From assembly GCA_963791045.1 (NCBI GenBank), contig CAWBQK010000011.1:128001-192000 (forward strand): a DNA stretch of 64,000 bases. Direction: 5' to 3'. Positions 26,421-36,330 of the stretch are shown piece by piece. The notes beneath the pieces are model-generated. The model was not told the origin of the DNA. It made no database searches and saw only the letters and a program-made list of their open reading frames with translations. The stretch's first letter is position 1, and every line of letters starts with the position of its first letter. The stretch comes from Candidatus Latescibacterota bacterium (lineage in GTDB: Bacteria; Krumholzibacteriota; Krumholzibacteriia; WVZY01). A program made the translations under genes and the position numbers.

Positions 26421-27602
26421 TCACCGATCCGGGCCGGGGACGCCTAAGGTTGGAGGGTCGGGCTCCACGAAGTAAATCCATGAGTATTTAATCATATACG
26501 GGCCGTGACACAGCGTGAGGTAATAGTAATCGTAGGGGAGATACTTGCCGGTTTCATCGTTGATAAAGTCGTATGTCAACGAATAGATACCCTCCTCCAG
26601 GGTCTCGTTCACGAGGTAATCAAATACGTTGTCACCACAGTATACGCCGCCATAGCCATATTTCTGGATCGCCACCTTTGTGGGGTTGTCGGCCGCGGCA
26701 CGGAACATTATATAAGTGATGTCGCCCGGGCGGAGAACCCCGGGGCTGAAGGAAAGATCAAAATTCACCCCGAGCGCTTGACCCATGTTCGACAGGCCCG
26801 ACCAGTTGTCGAGTTCATCCACGGTTTTCATTGCAAAGAAATAGAGTCCGTCCTCGACCAGAACCGTCACGCCCAGTGTGTCGAGCTCTCCGGCCGGTTT
26901 GGGTTGATATGACTGAGCGAATACCGACGCGGCTTCCCAGGCCGCAACGCTGAGAATCGGAGACCGAGAATACCGGATCTCGTATCCCGCCGCGGTTCCC
27001 ACATGATAGTCATCTCCTGGTGACGTAAAGATCAATTGATAGTCGAACGTAGTCAGCGCCTCGGCCCTGAGGTCGGTAATGTCGCCTGGGGGGAAGCCTT
27101 CGTCTTTTGTCCGAACCGTCGCGATGTTTGAAAGAGGGGAAGTATTATCGGCTTCGTCCGTGGCTTTTAGTCCAAACCAGTAATCCGAACCCGAATCCAG
27201 TTCCATGACCACGACAGTCTCAATTTTGCCGCTCTCCTGCGGGGGCGGTATCCGCGATGGGGCTACGGGTGTCGCCTGATCCCACGTGTTGTCATCGATG
27301 GCAAATTTGGCATAACGGATGTCGTAACTGGCAGCGGTTCCAGTGTTGCCATCATCGCCGGGAGCGTTCCACACAAGCGCGGCGCTTTCAAAAGTGGGGG
27401 CCTGAATGTGAAGGCTTGTCACCACCGCGGGTGGAATCGTGTCGGGCGGATCTTCGATGTGCGGACCGGGGCCCGTTGGTGCCGGCGTGTCCTCGCCGCC
27501 GCATCCGGGCAGCGCCGCGAACTGCGTTGCGAGTACGAGCGACAACACGGCGACCATGAGAATTCGCGGGATCGTGATTAGACTGTTCTTCTGCGCTGAC
27601 AT
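26421..27602 (-). CDS. Lipoprotein with two fibronectin-type-III-like domains (paralog B)
   Basis: Lipobox LPGC; repeated WNAPGDD/FTSPGDD...Y(D/E)IRY...DE..N.S.LSN. Confidence 0.8.
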   Translation of the reverse strand: MSAQKNSLITIPRILMVAVLSLVLATQFAALPGCGGEDTPAPTGPGPHIEDPPDTIPPAVVTSLHIQAPTFESAALVWNAPGDDGNTGTAASYDIRYAKFAIDDNTWDQATPVAPSRIPPPQESGKIETVVVMELDSGSDYWFGLKATDEADNTSPLSNIATVRTKDEGFPPGDITDLRAEALTTFDYQLIFTSPGDDYHVGTAAGYEIRYSRSPILSVAAWEAASVFAQSYQPKPAGELDTLGVTVLVEDGLYFFAMKTVDELDNWSGLSNMGQALGVNFDLSFSPGVLRPGDITYIMFRAAADNPTKVAIQKYGYGGVYCGDNVFDYLVNETLEEGIYSLTYDFINDETGKYLPYDYYYLTLCHGPYMIKYSWIYFVEPDPPTLGVPGPDR

Positions 27603-27660
27603 CTCGACCTCTTGGTTGGCTGTTCAATGCCTCGATTTCTCCGGAGTAGCGTTTCCGTCG

Positions 27661-28782
27661 TTACTCCACTACTTGGAACCACTCCCGTTGGATTTCCTCC
27701 TCTTCCCGACAAAACAATATGATGTAATAATCCGGCGGAAGATATTCCCTTGTATCCTCGTTATAAAAATCATCAGTGATGTTATAAACTCCGGGAGGAA
27801 ACGTCTCATCGGCAAGTACTTCTAACCGGTACGTCAAATGTGTGCAGGATATCCATCCGACGTCGCTGTACAAGCTTATCTTGAGCGTTTCCGTGATATC
27901 CGTTCTGAAAAACATGTATACCTGTTGTCCGGGCCGCACCTGCTTCGGGCTGAGCCACAAGTCGATTCCAACTCCCAGCGCCGGCGCCGGATTCGACACG
28001 CCTGAAACATTTCCCAGTTCATCGCTCGTTTTAAGCCCGAAGAAATAGCTCCTCCCGGGAGTGAGCCCCGTTGCGACGAAGGTTTCTTCCTCGCCCGTTG
28101 CTTTTGGCGACGGGGCGGATTCGAGTGGTGTCGCCGCATCCCACGCCGTTTCGTCCACGATAGGGTTTGGCGAGTGGCGGATTTCATAAGAGGTCGCCTG
28201 CCCGGTCATGTAATCATCCCCCGGTGCCGTCCACGTGAGCTCGAATCTGGTTTGGTCGATTGCCGTCGCTTTCAGATCCGTCACGGCCGACGGAGGAATC
28301 TCCTCGTTCTTTGTGGTTCCGGTTGCACAGTTTGAGAGTTCCGACCAGAGTCCTTCGTTGTCGACCGTTTTCAATGCGAATGCGTAAAGAGAACCCGAAT
28401 CCAGTCCCAAGACCACTATTGTCTCGATCTGTTTGGCCTGCTTCGGAGCCGGGACGATGGTCGGGTCGAGCGGTTCCGCCTGGTGCCAGTTGATTTCACT
28501 GATCGGTTGATCCGAGAATCGAATATCGTATGCCGTCGCGGTCCCTTCGTCGCCGTTATCCCCGGGAGCCGTCCATACGAGCGCGAGACTGGTGCTTGTC
28601 GGCGCCGCAGTGTGGAGGGTGGTCGTAGCGCCGGGGCAAACGGTGTCGGGCGGCTCCTGTGTTTCGGGTCCGGGCCCGGCGGGCGTGCCGTCGTCGCCGC
28701 CACAACCAGCGATGACAATGGCCGAGACCACCAGTACCGCGGTGATAGTGAACCACACAGATATTCCAAGCCGGGACATCAT
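27661..28782 (-). CDS. Lipoprotein with two fibronectin-type-III-like domains (paralog A)
   Basis: GGAGG SD; lipobox IAGC; WTAPGD twice; collinear with 26421-27602. Confidence 0.8.
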   Translation of the reverse strand: MMSRLGISVWFTITAVLVVSAIVIAGCGGDDGTPAGPGPETQEPPDTVCPGATTTLHTAAPTSTSLALVWTAPGDNGDEGTATAYDIRFSDQPISEINWHQAEPLDPTIVPAPKQAKQIETIVVLGLDSGSLYAFALKTVDNEGLWSELSNCATGTTKNEEIPPSAVTDLKATAIDQTRFELTWTAPGDDYMTGQATSYEIRHSPNPIVDETAWDAATPLESAPSPKATGEEETFVATGLTPGRSYFFGLKTSDELGNVSGVSNPAPALGVGIDLWLSPKQVRPGQQVYMFFRTDITETLKISLYSDVGWISCTHLTYRLEVLADETFPPGVYNITDDFYNEDTREYLPPDYYIILFCREEEEIQREWFQVVE

Positions 28783-29182
28783 GTCGGGCTTCCTCCGAGA
28801 GCGCTTTCTCTATAAGTATATACGGTAAATACAGTGATACGGTTGCAGTGTTTGAGGGCGCGCGGGAGGCGGCCCCCTGTGTAGAGGGGGATACACGACG
28901 AACTTCCCACAACCGTTGTGTGGTTGAGAAAACAGTAAGGGGCTTTAGGCCCAGATCTCATATCAGTCCCCTTGCCCGCGGACGGATTGAGGTTTTCCCT
29001 GGTGGGCTTTCAATTATACACGAAGCCTTTGAACGAGGGCAAGCGAAACGAAATTCGGTCCAAAACCTGCGCCAGTGAAACATTATGGGCTTGGATTCGT
29101 ATTATATTTAATAGCAGGAGGTTATGGGGTCCGCCATGTCACGAAGGGCGATCCTGAGGTTCCGGATTTTGCAAGACCGTGC

Positions 29183-29211
29183 TTGCCATCATTTTTGTTA
29201 TCTGGCATAAT
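29183..29211 (+). promoter_or_regulatory. Sigma70-like promoter, duplicated at 31646-31674
   Basis: TTGCCA-N17-CATAAT with TGn extension, conserved before both paralogs. Confidence 0.65.
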
Positions 29212-29281
29212 TAATATGGACTTATCTCCCACCAGATTCGTACCCCACTCACCGGTCTCCCGTTCAAGGAAGGATCCGGAC

Positions 29282-31615
29282 ATGAGACGAGTCTGTGCCA
29301 TCGTAACGTCCGCTTGCTTTGTTTTTCTTCTACCCCTGTTTGTTACCCCTGCGCATTCGAAAACGCCCCGGGTTCGCATGATCAATGCTGCTGCTCAAGC
29401 GGATGAACCAACCCAACGCGTGTATTTCTACTCGACATCGATGGACGAGGCAAGACTCCTCGCGCTCCGCAAACGGCTGATCGCCGAGGGCGGACAGCGT
29501 GTGAACTGCTTTCTCCCGCGAGTGGTTGTGTGCGATCTGCCCGTGAGGATGAACGCGCGAGCGTTCGTCGGTGGGTCCGATATTAAGATGATGTACGAGT
29601 CGCAGGTGGATGAGCGGGCCACGGATGATTCGATATTCGGGCCTGGGTGGATCAAGCAGTGCTACAGGATGGCTGATGAGCCGACGCCGTCGATTGCCGC
29701 CGCTCCGCCGCTCGATTTTGATTCGATGGGATTGCTGGAAAATTCGGTTATGACGGTGCCGGCGGAGACGGTGTTGAAGACCCAGGTCGCCGCATCGGGC
29801 GACTACCCGAACCCACGGAACATCCAACAGAACAGTGAAATTCTGATCGGCGATGTTCTCGTCAATTTGATTTTCCCGGAGAGTGTTCCGCACCCACTCC
29901 ACCAGGAGGACTGGAAGCCGGAGAACATCTCGGCGGCGACCTCGCAGGCGACGCTCGCCGTGTTGATGTTTCAAACCGAATACAGGAAAGCCGACATCAG
30001 CTTCATCATACGCGCGGAACAGGACCTCGCGGTGTCCGTCGAACCGATAAACCTGCGGTTGCGCGACAACACGTGGATCCCGGAAGTCATGGAGCGGTTG
30101 GGGTATCCGAATGACGGAACGGGTGACCGGCATCTCACCGCGGTTCACGAATTCAATAACGCCAACAGAAAAAAATACGACACGGAATGGGTGTTTACCG
30201 TATTTCTCGTCGATGCGCGTGTGGACTCGGATCATATGTTCGACATGTCGAGAAAGGTCGGCTGGTCGTTCACGGGAGGACCGTTTATGGTGCTCCCTCA
30301 TCCGGCTGGAAGTCTGGCGACATCTCAGGCGTTCAAATTCTATTTTGGAACGATATTCTGGGCGCTCGATGAGGCAGAAAACGCGCAGAACGACTGTAAC
30401 TCGACCGCCGGGTATCTCGACGTCCAGCATCTCAATAAACAAACGGGAACCAACCAGTATGGCGGGGCGATGGGGTGTCCGGGGCAGGGTACGCCCGAGC
30501 CATGCCCCCTGAACTACTCGACCCTTTCGTGGTATTCGGGGCCGCCGTGCGATTACTCCGCAGGGATGATGGGTGTCTCGGACTTCAACCACAATTCGGT
30601 TCCGGACTGCCTGGATGCGGCTCCCATAGTTGTTTTTGAGAACGCGGAGATAGAGACCGTGTTCACGATCACCGCCCCCATTCGATTCACCGCCATATCC
30701 GAGGGCGTTCCCAACGAAAACCCCAAACAGGATCCGGAGACACGGGTGAGTTACGCGGTACCTGTCAAGTTTGTCGGTCGCGCGGATGAGAACGGATTTA
30801 TCATTCAAAAACTGTTTCCGAAGGACGGTGTTTACGACGAGCTGGTGGAGGAATTTGAATTCGCGACCGATCTTCTTCCGGCGGGGATGTCGACATTCTC
30901 GGTGGTTACGCGCAACACGTTCAACGCGATGTCCGAGGCGCAGACTAAGCAGATTTTCTACATCGGGTTGACTTACCTTCATTTTGGTTACACGAACCGG
31001 AATGACGGCAACATGGTCAGGTTCGATCTTCTCGGTGAGACGTTCGACGCAAACCTCGAGCTGCACCGAATCGATGTCGATGGCGCAGGGGAGGATGTTG
31101 TGATTGCCTCGGGCCTCGATCCGCTACACTCGGTGGGCGGTTTTTCGCTCTTCGAGTATTTCGACGATGGTGTCATCCCCGGCGAGCTTTACCGATACTA
31201 TGTCGAGGGGACATTTACGACGACATACCGCGACCAGGATACCACGGTCGTTGTTCGAACCGATGACGCCGAGACACGCGCGATGATTCCCGTGGCCTCG
31301 GGCGCAATGGTATCGAGCGCATCGCCGAATCCGTTCAACGAGAGCACTCTGATCTCGATCATCGTCCCGATGTCATACGACAACCCGGACGCCGAGCTTC
31401 CGATACCGACCGAGTCGACTGTGAATGTGTGGGTGTACGATGTGATGGGCCGGCAGGTGAAGCGGCTCTACTCGGAACAGATTATCGGGCAGGTTTTGAC
31501 TTTGAGATGGGATGGTACCAATGTGAACAACCAGGCTGTCCCCGCAGGTGTATATTTTGTCAAGGCGAGGGCCGCTGGTATAGAAGGGACGACAAAGATC
31601 GTCCGCGTACGCTAA
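29282..31615 (+). CDS. Secreted FlgD-Ig-tailed protein with degenerate zinc-metalloprotease-like domain (paralog 1)
   Basis: ATG at 29282 after AAGGA; signal peptide; C-terminal SPNPFN...YDVMGRQV...WDG...GVYF. Confidence 0.8.
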   Translation: MRRVCAIVTSACFVFLLPLFVTPAHSKTPRVRMINAAAQADEPTQRVYFYSTSMDEARLLALRKRLIAEGGQRVNCFLPRVVVCDLPVRMNARAFVGGSDIKMMYESQVDERATDDSIFGPGWIKQCYRMADEPTPSIAAAPPLDFDSMGLLENSVMTVPAETVLKTQVAASGDYPNPRNIQQNSEILIGDVLVNLIFPESVPHPLHQEDWKPENISAATSQATLAVLMFQTEYRKADISFIIRAEQDLAVSVEPINLRLRDNTWIPEVMERLGYPNDGTGDRHLTAVHEFNNANRKKYDTEWVFTVFLVDARVDSDHMFDMSRKVGWSFTGGPFMVLPHPAGSLATSQAFKFYFGTIFWALDEAENAQNDCNSTAGYLDVQHLNKQTGTNQYGGAMGCPGQGTPEPCPLNYSTLSWYSGPPCDYSAGMMGVSDFNHNSVPDCLDAAPIVVFENAEIETVFTITAPIRFTAISEGVPNENPKQDPETRVSYAVPVKFVGRADENGFIIQKLFPKDGVYDELVEEFEFATDLLPAGMSTFSVVTRNTFNAMSEAQTKQIFYIGLTYLHFGYTNRNDGNMVRFDLLGETFDANLELHRIDVDGAGEDVVIASGLDPLHSVGGFSLFEYFDDGVIPGELYRYYVEGTFTTTYRDQDTTVVVRTDDAETRAMIPVASGAMVSSASPNPFNESTLISIIVPMSYDNPDAELPIPTESTVNVWVYDVMGRQVKRLYSEQIIGQVLTLRWDGTNVNNQAVPAGVYFVKARAAGIEGTTKIVRVR

Positions 31616-31645
31616 ACCGCTATTGGGGGGCCGGGGACACTGTGC

Positions 31646-31674
31646 TTGCCATATGGCTGGTTATCTGGCATAAT
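31646..31674 (+). promoter_or_regulatory. Sigma70-like promoter (copy 2)
   Basis: TTGCCA-N17-CATAAT. Confidence 0.65.
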
Positions 31675-31746
31675 CTCGGGTGAATCGTTGCCCCACCATG
31701 TTTTACCCCCTGCCGCCCGGTTTCCCGTCCAAGGAAGGATTCGGTA

Positions 31747-34080
31747 ATGAGACGTGTCTGTACATTCGCATTGATCCCGTGTGTCCTGTTTGTTCTGGCC
31801 ATTATGGCCGCGCCCGTGGCTTCGAAGACGCCCCAGGTTCGCATGATCAATGCCGCCGCACCCGAATCCGAACCTACGGAACGCGTGTATTTTTACTCGA
31901 CATCAATGAGCGAGAAGAGTCTCCTCGATCTCCATTCACGGCTTATCGCCGCGGGCGCGCAGCGTGTGAACTGCTTTCTCCCGCGCGTGGTTGTGTGCGA
32001 TCTCCCCGTCAGACTTGACGCGCATGCGTTCGGAAATAGAGCCGATATCTCGGTGATCTACGAATCGCAGGTGGATGAAAGGGCGACGGACAATTCTATT
32101 TTTGGCCCGGGATGGGTGAAGCGATGCTACAAGGCGGCCGAAGAACCGACACCGAATATTGCGCAGTCCCCGCCGATGGATTTCGATTCCATGGGTTTTG
32201 TCGAAAATTCGGTTTTGACCGTGCCAGCGGAGACAGTGTTGAAGACCCAGGTGGAGGCCACGGCCGATTATCCGGATCCGCGGAACATCAACCAGAATAG
32301 CGAGCTCCTGATCGGAACGGTGCTTGCCAACCTGATCTTTCCCGAGAGCGTTCCAAATGCGCTCAACCAGGAGAACTGGAAGGCAACGAGCATCGCGGAT
32401 GCGACATCTCAAGCTTCTCTCGCGCTGCTGTCGTTTCAGTCCGAGTTCAAGAAAGCCAATATTAACTTTATCGTCAAGACGGTACAGGATGTGGCGGTGT
32501 CCGTCGAACCGATCAATCTTTATCTGAAGGACAACACCTGGATCGTCGAAGTGATGGACCATCTCGGGTATGCCAACGACGGGAGCGATGATCGGCACCT
32601 CACGGCGGTTCACGAGTACAATAACGATACCCGGAAAAAGTACGGCACGCAGTGGGTCTTTACCGCGTTTATCGCGGATGCCCGGGTCGACTCGGATCAC
32701 ATGTTTTTGAGTTCGAGAAAGGCGGGCTGGTCGTTCATGGGAGGCCCCTACCTGGTCATCCCGCACCCTGCCAGCAATTTGGCGACATCACAGGTTTTCA
32801 AATACTATTTTGGAACGATCTTCTGGGCGGTCGAAGAGGGGATGGGCAGTCAGTCGGCGTGCAACACGACGTCGGGATATCTCGACACCCAGAACGATAA
32901 CAAGCAGACAACAGTCGACAGATACGGCGCGCCGGTCGGGTGTCCGGGCCGGCCCACACCGACACCCTGCGCGTCGAACTATGATTTTATGAAATGGTAC
33001 TCGGGGCGCCCATGCGACTGGACGGCGGGGATGATGGGGATCTCGGACTTCAATCGCAACTCGGTTCCGGACGCCCTGGACGACGGTCCGATGGTGATTT
33101 GGGAGAATGCGGAGATTGAGACCGTGTTTACGGTCAATGCGCCAATCCGATTTGATGTTGTTTCAGAAGGCGTGCCCAATGAGAATATCGCCCAGGCGCC
33201 CGAGACTCGCGTCAACTACGCGGCCCCTATCAAGTTTGTCGGCCGCGCGGATGAGAACGGTTATATCACGCAAAAATTGATCCCGAGGGACGGCGTGTAT
33301 GACGAGCTGGAGGAAGAGTTCGAGTTCTCGAGTGAACTGCTGCCCGCCGGTTTGTCCACGTTTACCGTGGTGACACGCAACACATTCAACGCGACGTCCG
33401 AACCACAGACCAAACAGCTTTTCTACATCGGACTGACCTATCTTCATTTTGGATATACGAACCGGAATGACGGCAACATGGTCAGGTTCGATCTCCTCGG
33501 TGAAACATTCGACGCAAACCTCGAACTGCATCGAATCGATGTTGATGGCGCCGGTGAAGATGTCGTGATTGCCTCGGGCCTCGATCCGCTACACTCGGTG
33601 GGCGGTTTCTCGCTCTTCGAGTATTTCGACGATGGTGTCATCCCCGGTGAACTTTACCGGTACTATGTCGAGGGGACTTTCACGACGACATACCGCGACC
33701 AGGATACGACGGTCGTTGTTCGAACCGATGACGCCGAGACACGCGCGATGATTCCGATTGTGTCGGGTGCCATGATATCGACCGCCTCGCCGAACCCGTT
33801 CAACGAAAGCACTCTGATCTCGTTCATCGTTCCGATGTCATATGACAATCCGGATGCCGAGCTTCCGATCCCGACGGAATCGGACGTGAATGTATGGGTG
33901 TATGATGTGGCTGGCCGACAGGTGAAGCGACTCTACTCGGAGCAGGTTATCGGACAGGTATTAACTTTGAGGTGGGATGGGACCGATTTCAACAACGAAC
34001 CGGCTTCCGCGGGCGTGTATTTTGTAAAGGCGAGGGCGGCGGGTGTTGAAGGGACGACAAAAGTGGTTCTCGTGCGCTAG
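31747..34080 (+). CDS. Secreted FlgD-Ig-tailed protein with degenerate zinc-metalloprotease-like domain (paralog 2)
   Basis: 777 aa, full-length collinear paralog of 29282-31615. Confidence 0.8.
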   Translation: MRRVCTFALIPCVLFVLAIMAAPVASKTPQVRMINAAAPESEPTERVYFYSTSMSEKSLLDLHSRLIAAGAQRVNCFLPRVVVCDLPVRLDAHAFGNRADISVIYESQVDERATDNSIFGPGWVKRCYKAAEEPTPNIAQSPPMDFDSMGFVENSVLTVPAETVLKTQVEATADYPDPRNINQNSELLIGTVLANLIFPESVPNALNQENWKATSIADATSQASLALLSFQSEFKKANINFIVKTVQDVAVSVEPINLYLKDNTWIVEVMDHLGYANDGSDDRHLTAVHEYNNDTRKKYGTQWVFTAFIADARVDSDHMFLSSRKAGWSFMGGPYLVIPHPASNLATSQVFKYYFGTIFWAVEEGMGSQSACNTTSGYLDTQNDNKQTTVDRYGAPVGCPGRPTPTPCASNYDFMKWYSGRPCDWTAGMMGISDFNRNSVPDALDDGPMVIWENAEIETVFTVNAPIRFDVVSEGVPNENIAQAPETRVNYAAPIKFVGRADENGYITQKLIPRDGVYDELEEEFEFSSELLPAGLSTFTVVTRNTFNATSEPQTKQLFYIGLTYLHFGYTNRNDGNMVRFDLLGETFDANLELHRIDVDGAGEDVVIASGLDPLHSVGGFSLFEYFDDGVIPGELYRYYVEGTFTTTYRDQDTTVVVRTDDAETRAMIPIVSGAMISTASPNPFNESTLISFIVPMSYDNPDAELPIPTESDVNVWVYDVAGRQVKRLYSEQVIGQVLTLRWDGTDFNNEPASAGVYFVKARAAGVEGTTKVVLVR

Positions 34081-34156
34081 GCGGGCCCGAGCGTCCGCCG
34101 TGGTCTCCACTTGAATGTGGATTGAATGGCGATGGGGACTCCATCAGACCGATAAT

Positions 34157-34190
34157 ATGGGCGGGAATTTGTTCCCGCCCATCTTGATTT
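34157..34190 (+). terminator. Probable terminator hairpin
   Basis: ATGGGCGGGAA-tttg-TTCCCGCCCAT followed by CTTGATTT. Confidence 0.55.
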
Positions 34191-34279
34191 CATCTCTTAA
34201 ATATGCCAAGCTAACCGGTCATTCGCCCGGCCTACCGAGCCGGCGCCCTGGATTTCATCATTAAGAGGAGTATCAACCA

Positions 34280-35266
34280 ATGTGGGAAGCCGTTTCGACA
34301 TTTGTACGCGAGCACGAGAATTTCGTGGTTACGACTCACATCAACCCCGAAGGCGACGCCATCGGGAGTGAAGTCGCGTTTGCCTGCTTTCTCGAGGGCC
34401 TGGGCAAGAAGGCAACGATCGTAAACTCGAGCGCAACTCCCTCGAATTGTCTCTATCTCGAAGGAGCGGACCGGATTGTGGTTTACGGCGACGGCTTTGA
34501 CCGGCGGATCATGGCCGAGGCCGATGCCGTCGTGATCGTCGATGTCAACAACTGGGATCATCTCGGTCCCTTCAGGGAAGAGCTCAAAATAAGTTCTACG
34601 CCCCGGTTGTGCATCGATCACCACGAGGACGCCGACGTTGATTTCGCCAAGGTCATTGTAAGCGATACCAAAGCCGCGGCCGCCGGACTGCTCGTTTATG
34701 ATTTCATCAAATATATGAAAGCAGAAATTACGCCGGCGATTGCCGATGCGGTCTACACGGCGATCCTCACCGACACGGGGTCATTCCGGTTTTCGAACAC
34801 GGACCGCCGCGCGTTTCTCGCCGCGGCGGAGCTGTGTTCGGCGGGTGTGAATCCGTTCGCGATTTTCCGACAGGTGTATGTAAAAAGCTGGGGTGCGTCT
34901 CACCTGGTTGGTTCCGCGCTTTCCACGCTGGACAAGAACTCGGACGGCAAGATCGCATGGATCAACATCACACAGAAAATGCTCGAAGAGTCCGGGGCCA
35001 TCTATGAGGACAGCGATGGGCTGGTGGAACTGGTTCGCGGGATCGAGGGTGTCGAGCTTTGCCTGATCTTCAAGGAACTTCCAAGCGGGCAGGTCAAGGT
35101 GTCGCTCCGCTCAAACGGGAAGGTCGACGCGTTCGAGATCGCCCGGAGCTTTGGCGGCGGTGGGCACCGGATGGCGTCGGGGATGCGCCTCGACGGCCCA
35201 ATGGCGGACGCCATCAAGACACTCGTTCCGGTTTGCGAGGCCCGGCTCCCCGGCACATCGAAATAA
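34280..35266 (+). CDS. nrnA: DHH-family bifunctional oligoribonuclease/PAP phosphatase
   Basis: HINPEGDAIGS, IDHH, TDTGSF, SLRS, GGGGH. Confidence 0.88.
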   Translation: MWEAVSTFVREHENFVVTTHINPEGDAIGSEVAFACFLEGLGKKATIVNSSATPSNCLYLEGADRIVVYGDGFDRRIMAEADAVVIVDVNNWDHLGPFREELKISSTPRLCIDHHEDADVDFAKVIVSDTKAAAAGLLVYDFIKYMKAEITPAIADAVYTAILTDTGSFRFSNTDRRAFLAAAELCSAGVNPFAIFRQVYVKSWGASHLVGSALSTLDKNSDGKIAWINITQKMLEESGAIYEDSDGLVELVRGIEGVELCLIFKELPSGQVKVSLRSNGKVDAFEIARSFGGGGHRMASGMRLDGPMADAIKTLVPVCEARLPGTSK

Positions 35267-35364
35267 CACTATCCGCAGAGCTGCGGTAATCACCTGTATT
35301 ATAAAAAGTTAGCTCAATACCAGAAAGGCGACGCATGGGCTCTTCGCCCCCCGTTTCTCCGGCC

Positions 35365-35520
35365 GCCCAGGGCGTGCCGGATGCTCTTCTCCATTCCTTC
35401 GGTGATGACGCCGGCGTCGACTTCACCTTTGTCGACGGCTTCCATTATGGCGTCGAAAGGGAGCATTACCGGCTGGAATGGTTCGTTCATATACAAGACG
35501 AGGGCGGCCCCCGGGATTGC
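35365..35520 (-). pseudogene. Internally deleted remnant resembling MqnD (futalosine menaquinone pathway)
   Basis: AIPG..ALVLY..PVMLPFDAIMEAVDKGEVDAGVI joined directly to MEKSIRHAL; no full ORF. Confidence 0.55.
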
Positions 35521-35543
35521 CCGGCAGGGGGGAGCGGTCAACT

Positions 35544-36194
35544 ATGAAATCAAAAAGATTTATAGGGATTGCGGGCGGTTCATGCTCGGGCAAGACGGTG
35601 CTCGCCGAGCGCCTCGGAATACGCCTGCTTGATCTCGAGGTCGGTCGCGGGGGAGAGGGCTCGGAGGTGCGCGAGTGCCCCGTTATCTCCATCGATTCGT
35701 ACTATCTCGGGTTGGCGGATGCCACTGGGGCGGAAATCGAGCGGTACAACTTCGATGATCCCGCGGCGCTCGATCACGACCTGCTTGTCCAACATCTTTC
35801 TCTGTTGGCTTCGGGCCGGCCGGCCGACATCCCTGTGTATGATTTCTCCACACACCTTCGGACTAGTCGTGTGAGACGGGTCGAGCTGTCCGCGTTTGTT
35901 ATCGTCGAGGGGTTGTTTTCGTTGTACTGGGATGATGTCCGGGCGCTGTTCGATACGAAAGTATTTATCGATGTGCCGCACGAAGTGTGTCTTGCCCGGC
36001 GCATCGAAAGGGACACGCGGGATCGCGGCCGTCCGCGCGACGAGGTGATCCGTCGCTACGATACGATGGCGCGGCCGACGTATGACCAGAATGTTCTGCC
36101 GTCGCGGTCGCACGCCGATGTGGTTGTTGACGGGACGCGCCCCGTGGATGAAAGCGTGGACAGGGTTATGAGCGTGATTGAAGGAAGGGTGTGA
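35544..36194 (+). CDS. udk: Uridine kinase
   Basis: IGIAGGSCSGKT P-loop, DSYY, NFDDP.A.D, PVYDF, IVEG, RRIERD..RGR. Confidence 0.88.
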   Translation: MKSKRFIGIAGGSCSGKTVLAERLGIRLLDLEVGRGGEGSEVRECPVISIDSYYLGLADATGAEIERYNFDDPAALDHDLLVQHLSLLASGRPADIPVYDFSTHLRTSRVRRVELSAFVIVEGLFSLYWDDVRALFDTKVFIDVPHEVCLARRIERDTRDRGRPRDEVIRRYDTMARPTYDQNVLPSRSHADVVVDGTRPVDESVDRVMSVIEGRV

Positions 36195-36330
36195 ACCCAT
36201 TCTCTGTCGTTGCACCCGCCACACACGCCAAAACCACCCATGGAGCCACCACCGATAACGTTTCCAATCGAGTGGGCCCCACCTTTTGTTGATTGCTTTA
36301 AGGTTGTGTCGTGTGGGGCGAGGCGGTGTG

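Noticed and set aside
29330-31066. Long opposite-strand ORFs (578 aa here; also 11547-12512, 14542-15696, 24228-25409, 54127-55401)
   Set aside because: Shadow frames of real high-GC genes with no recognisable motifs
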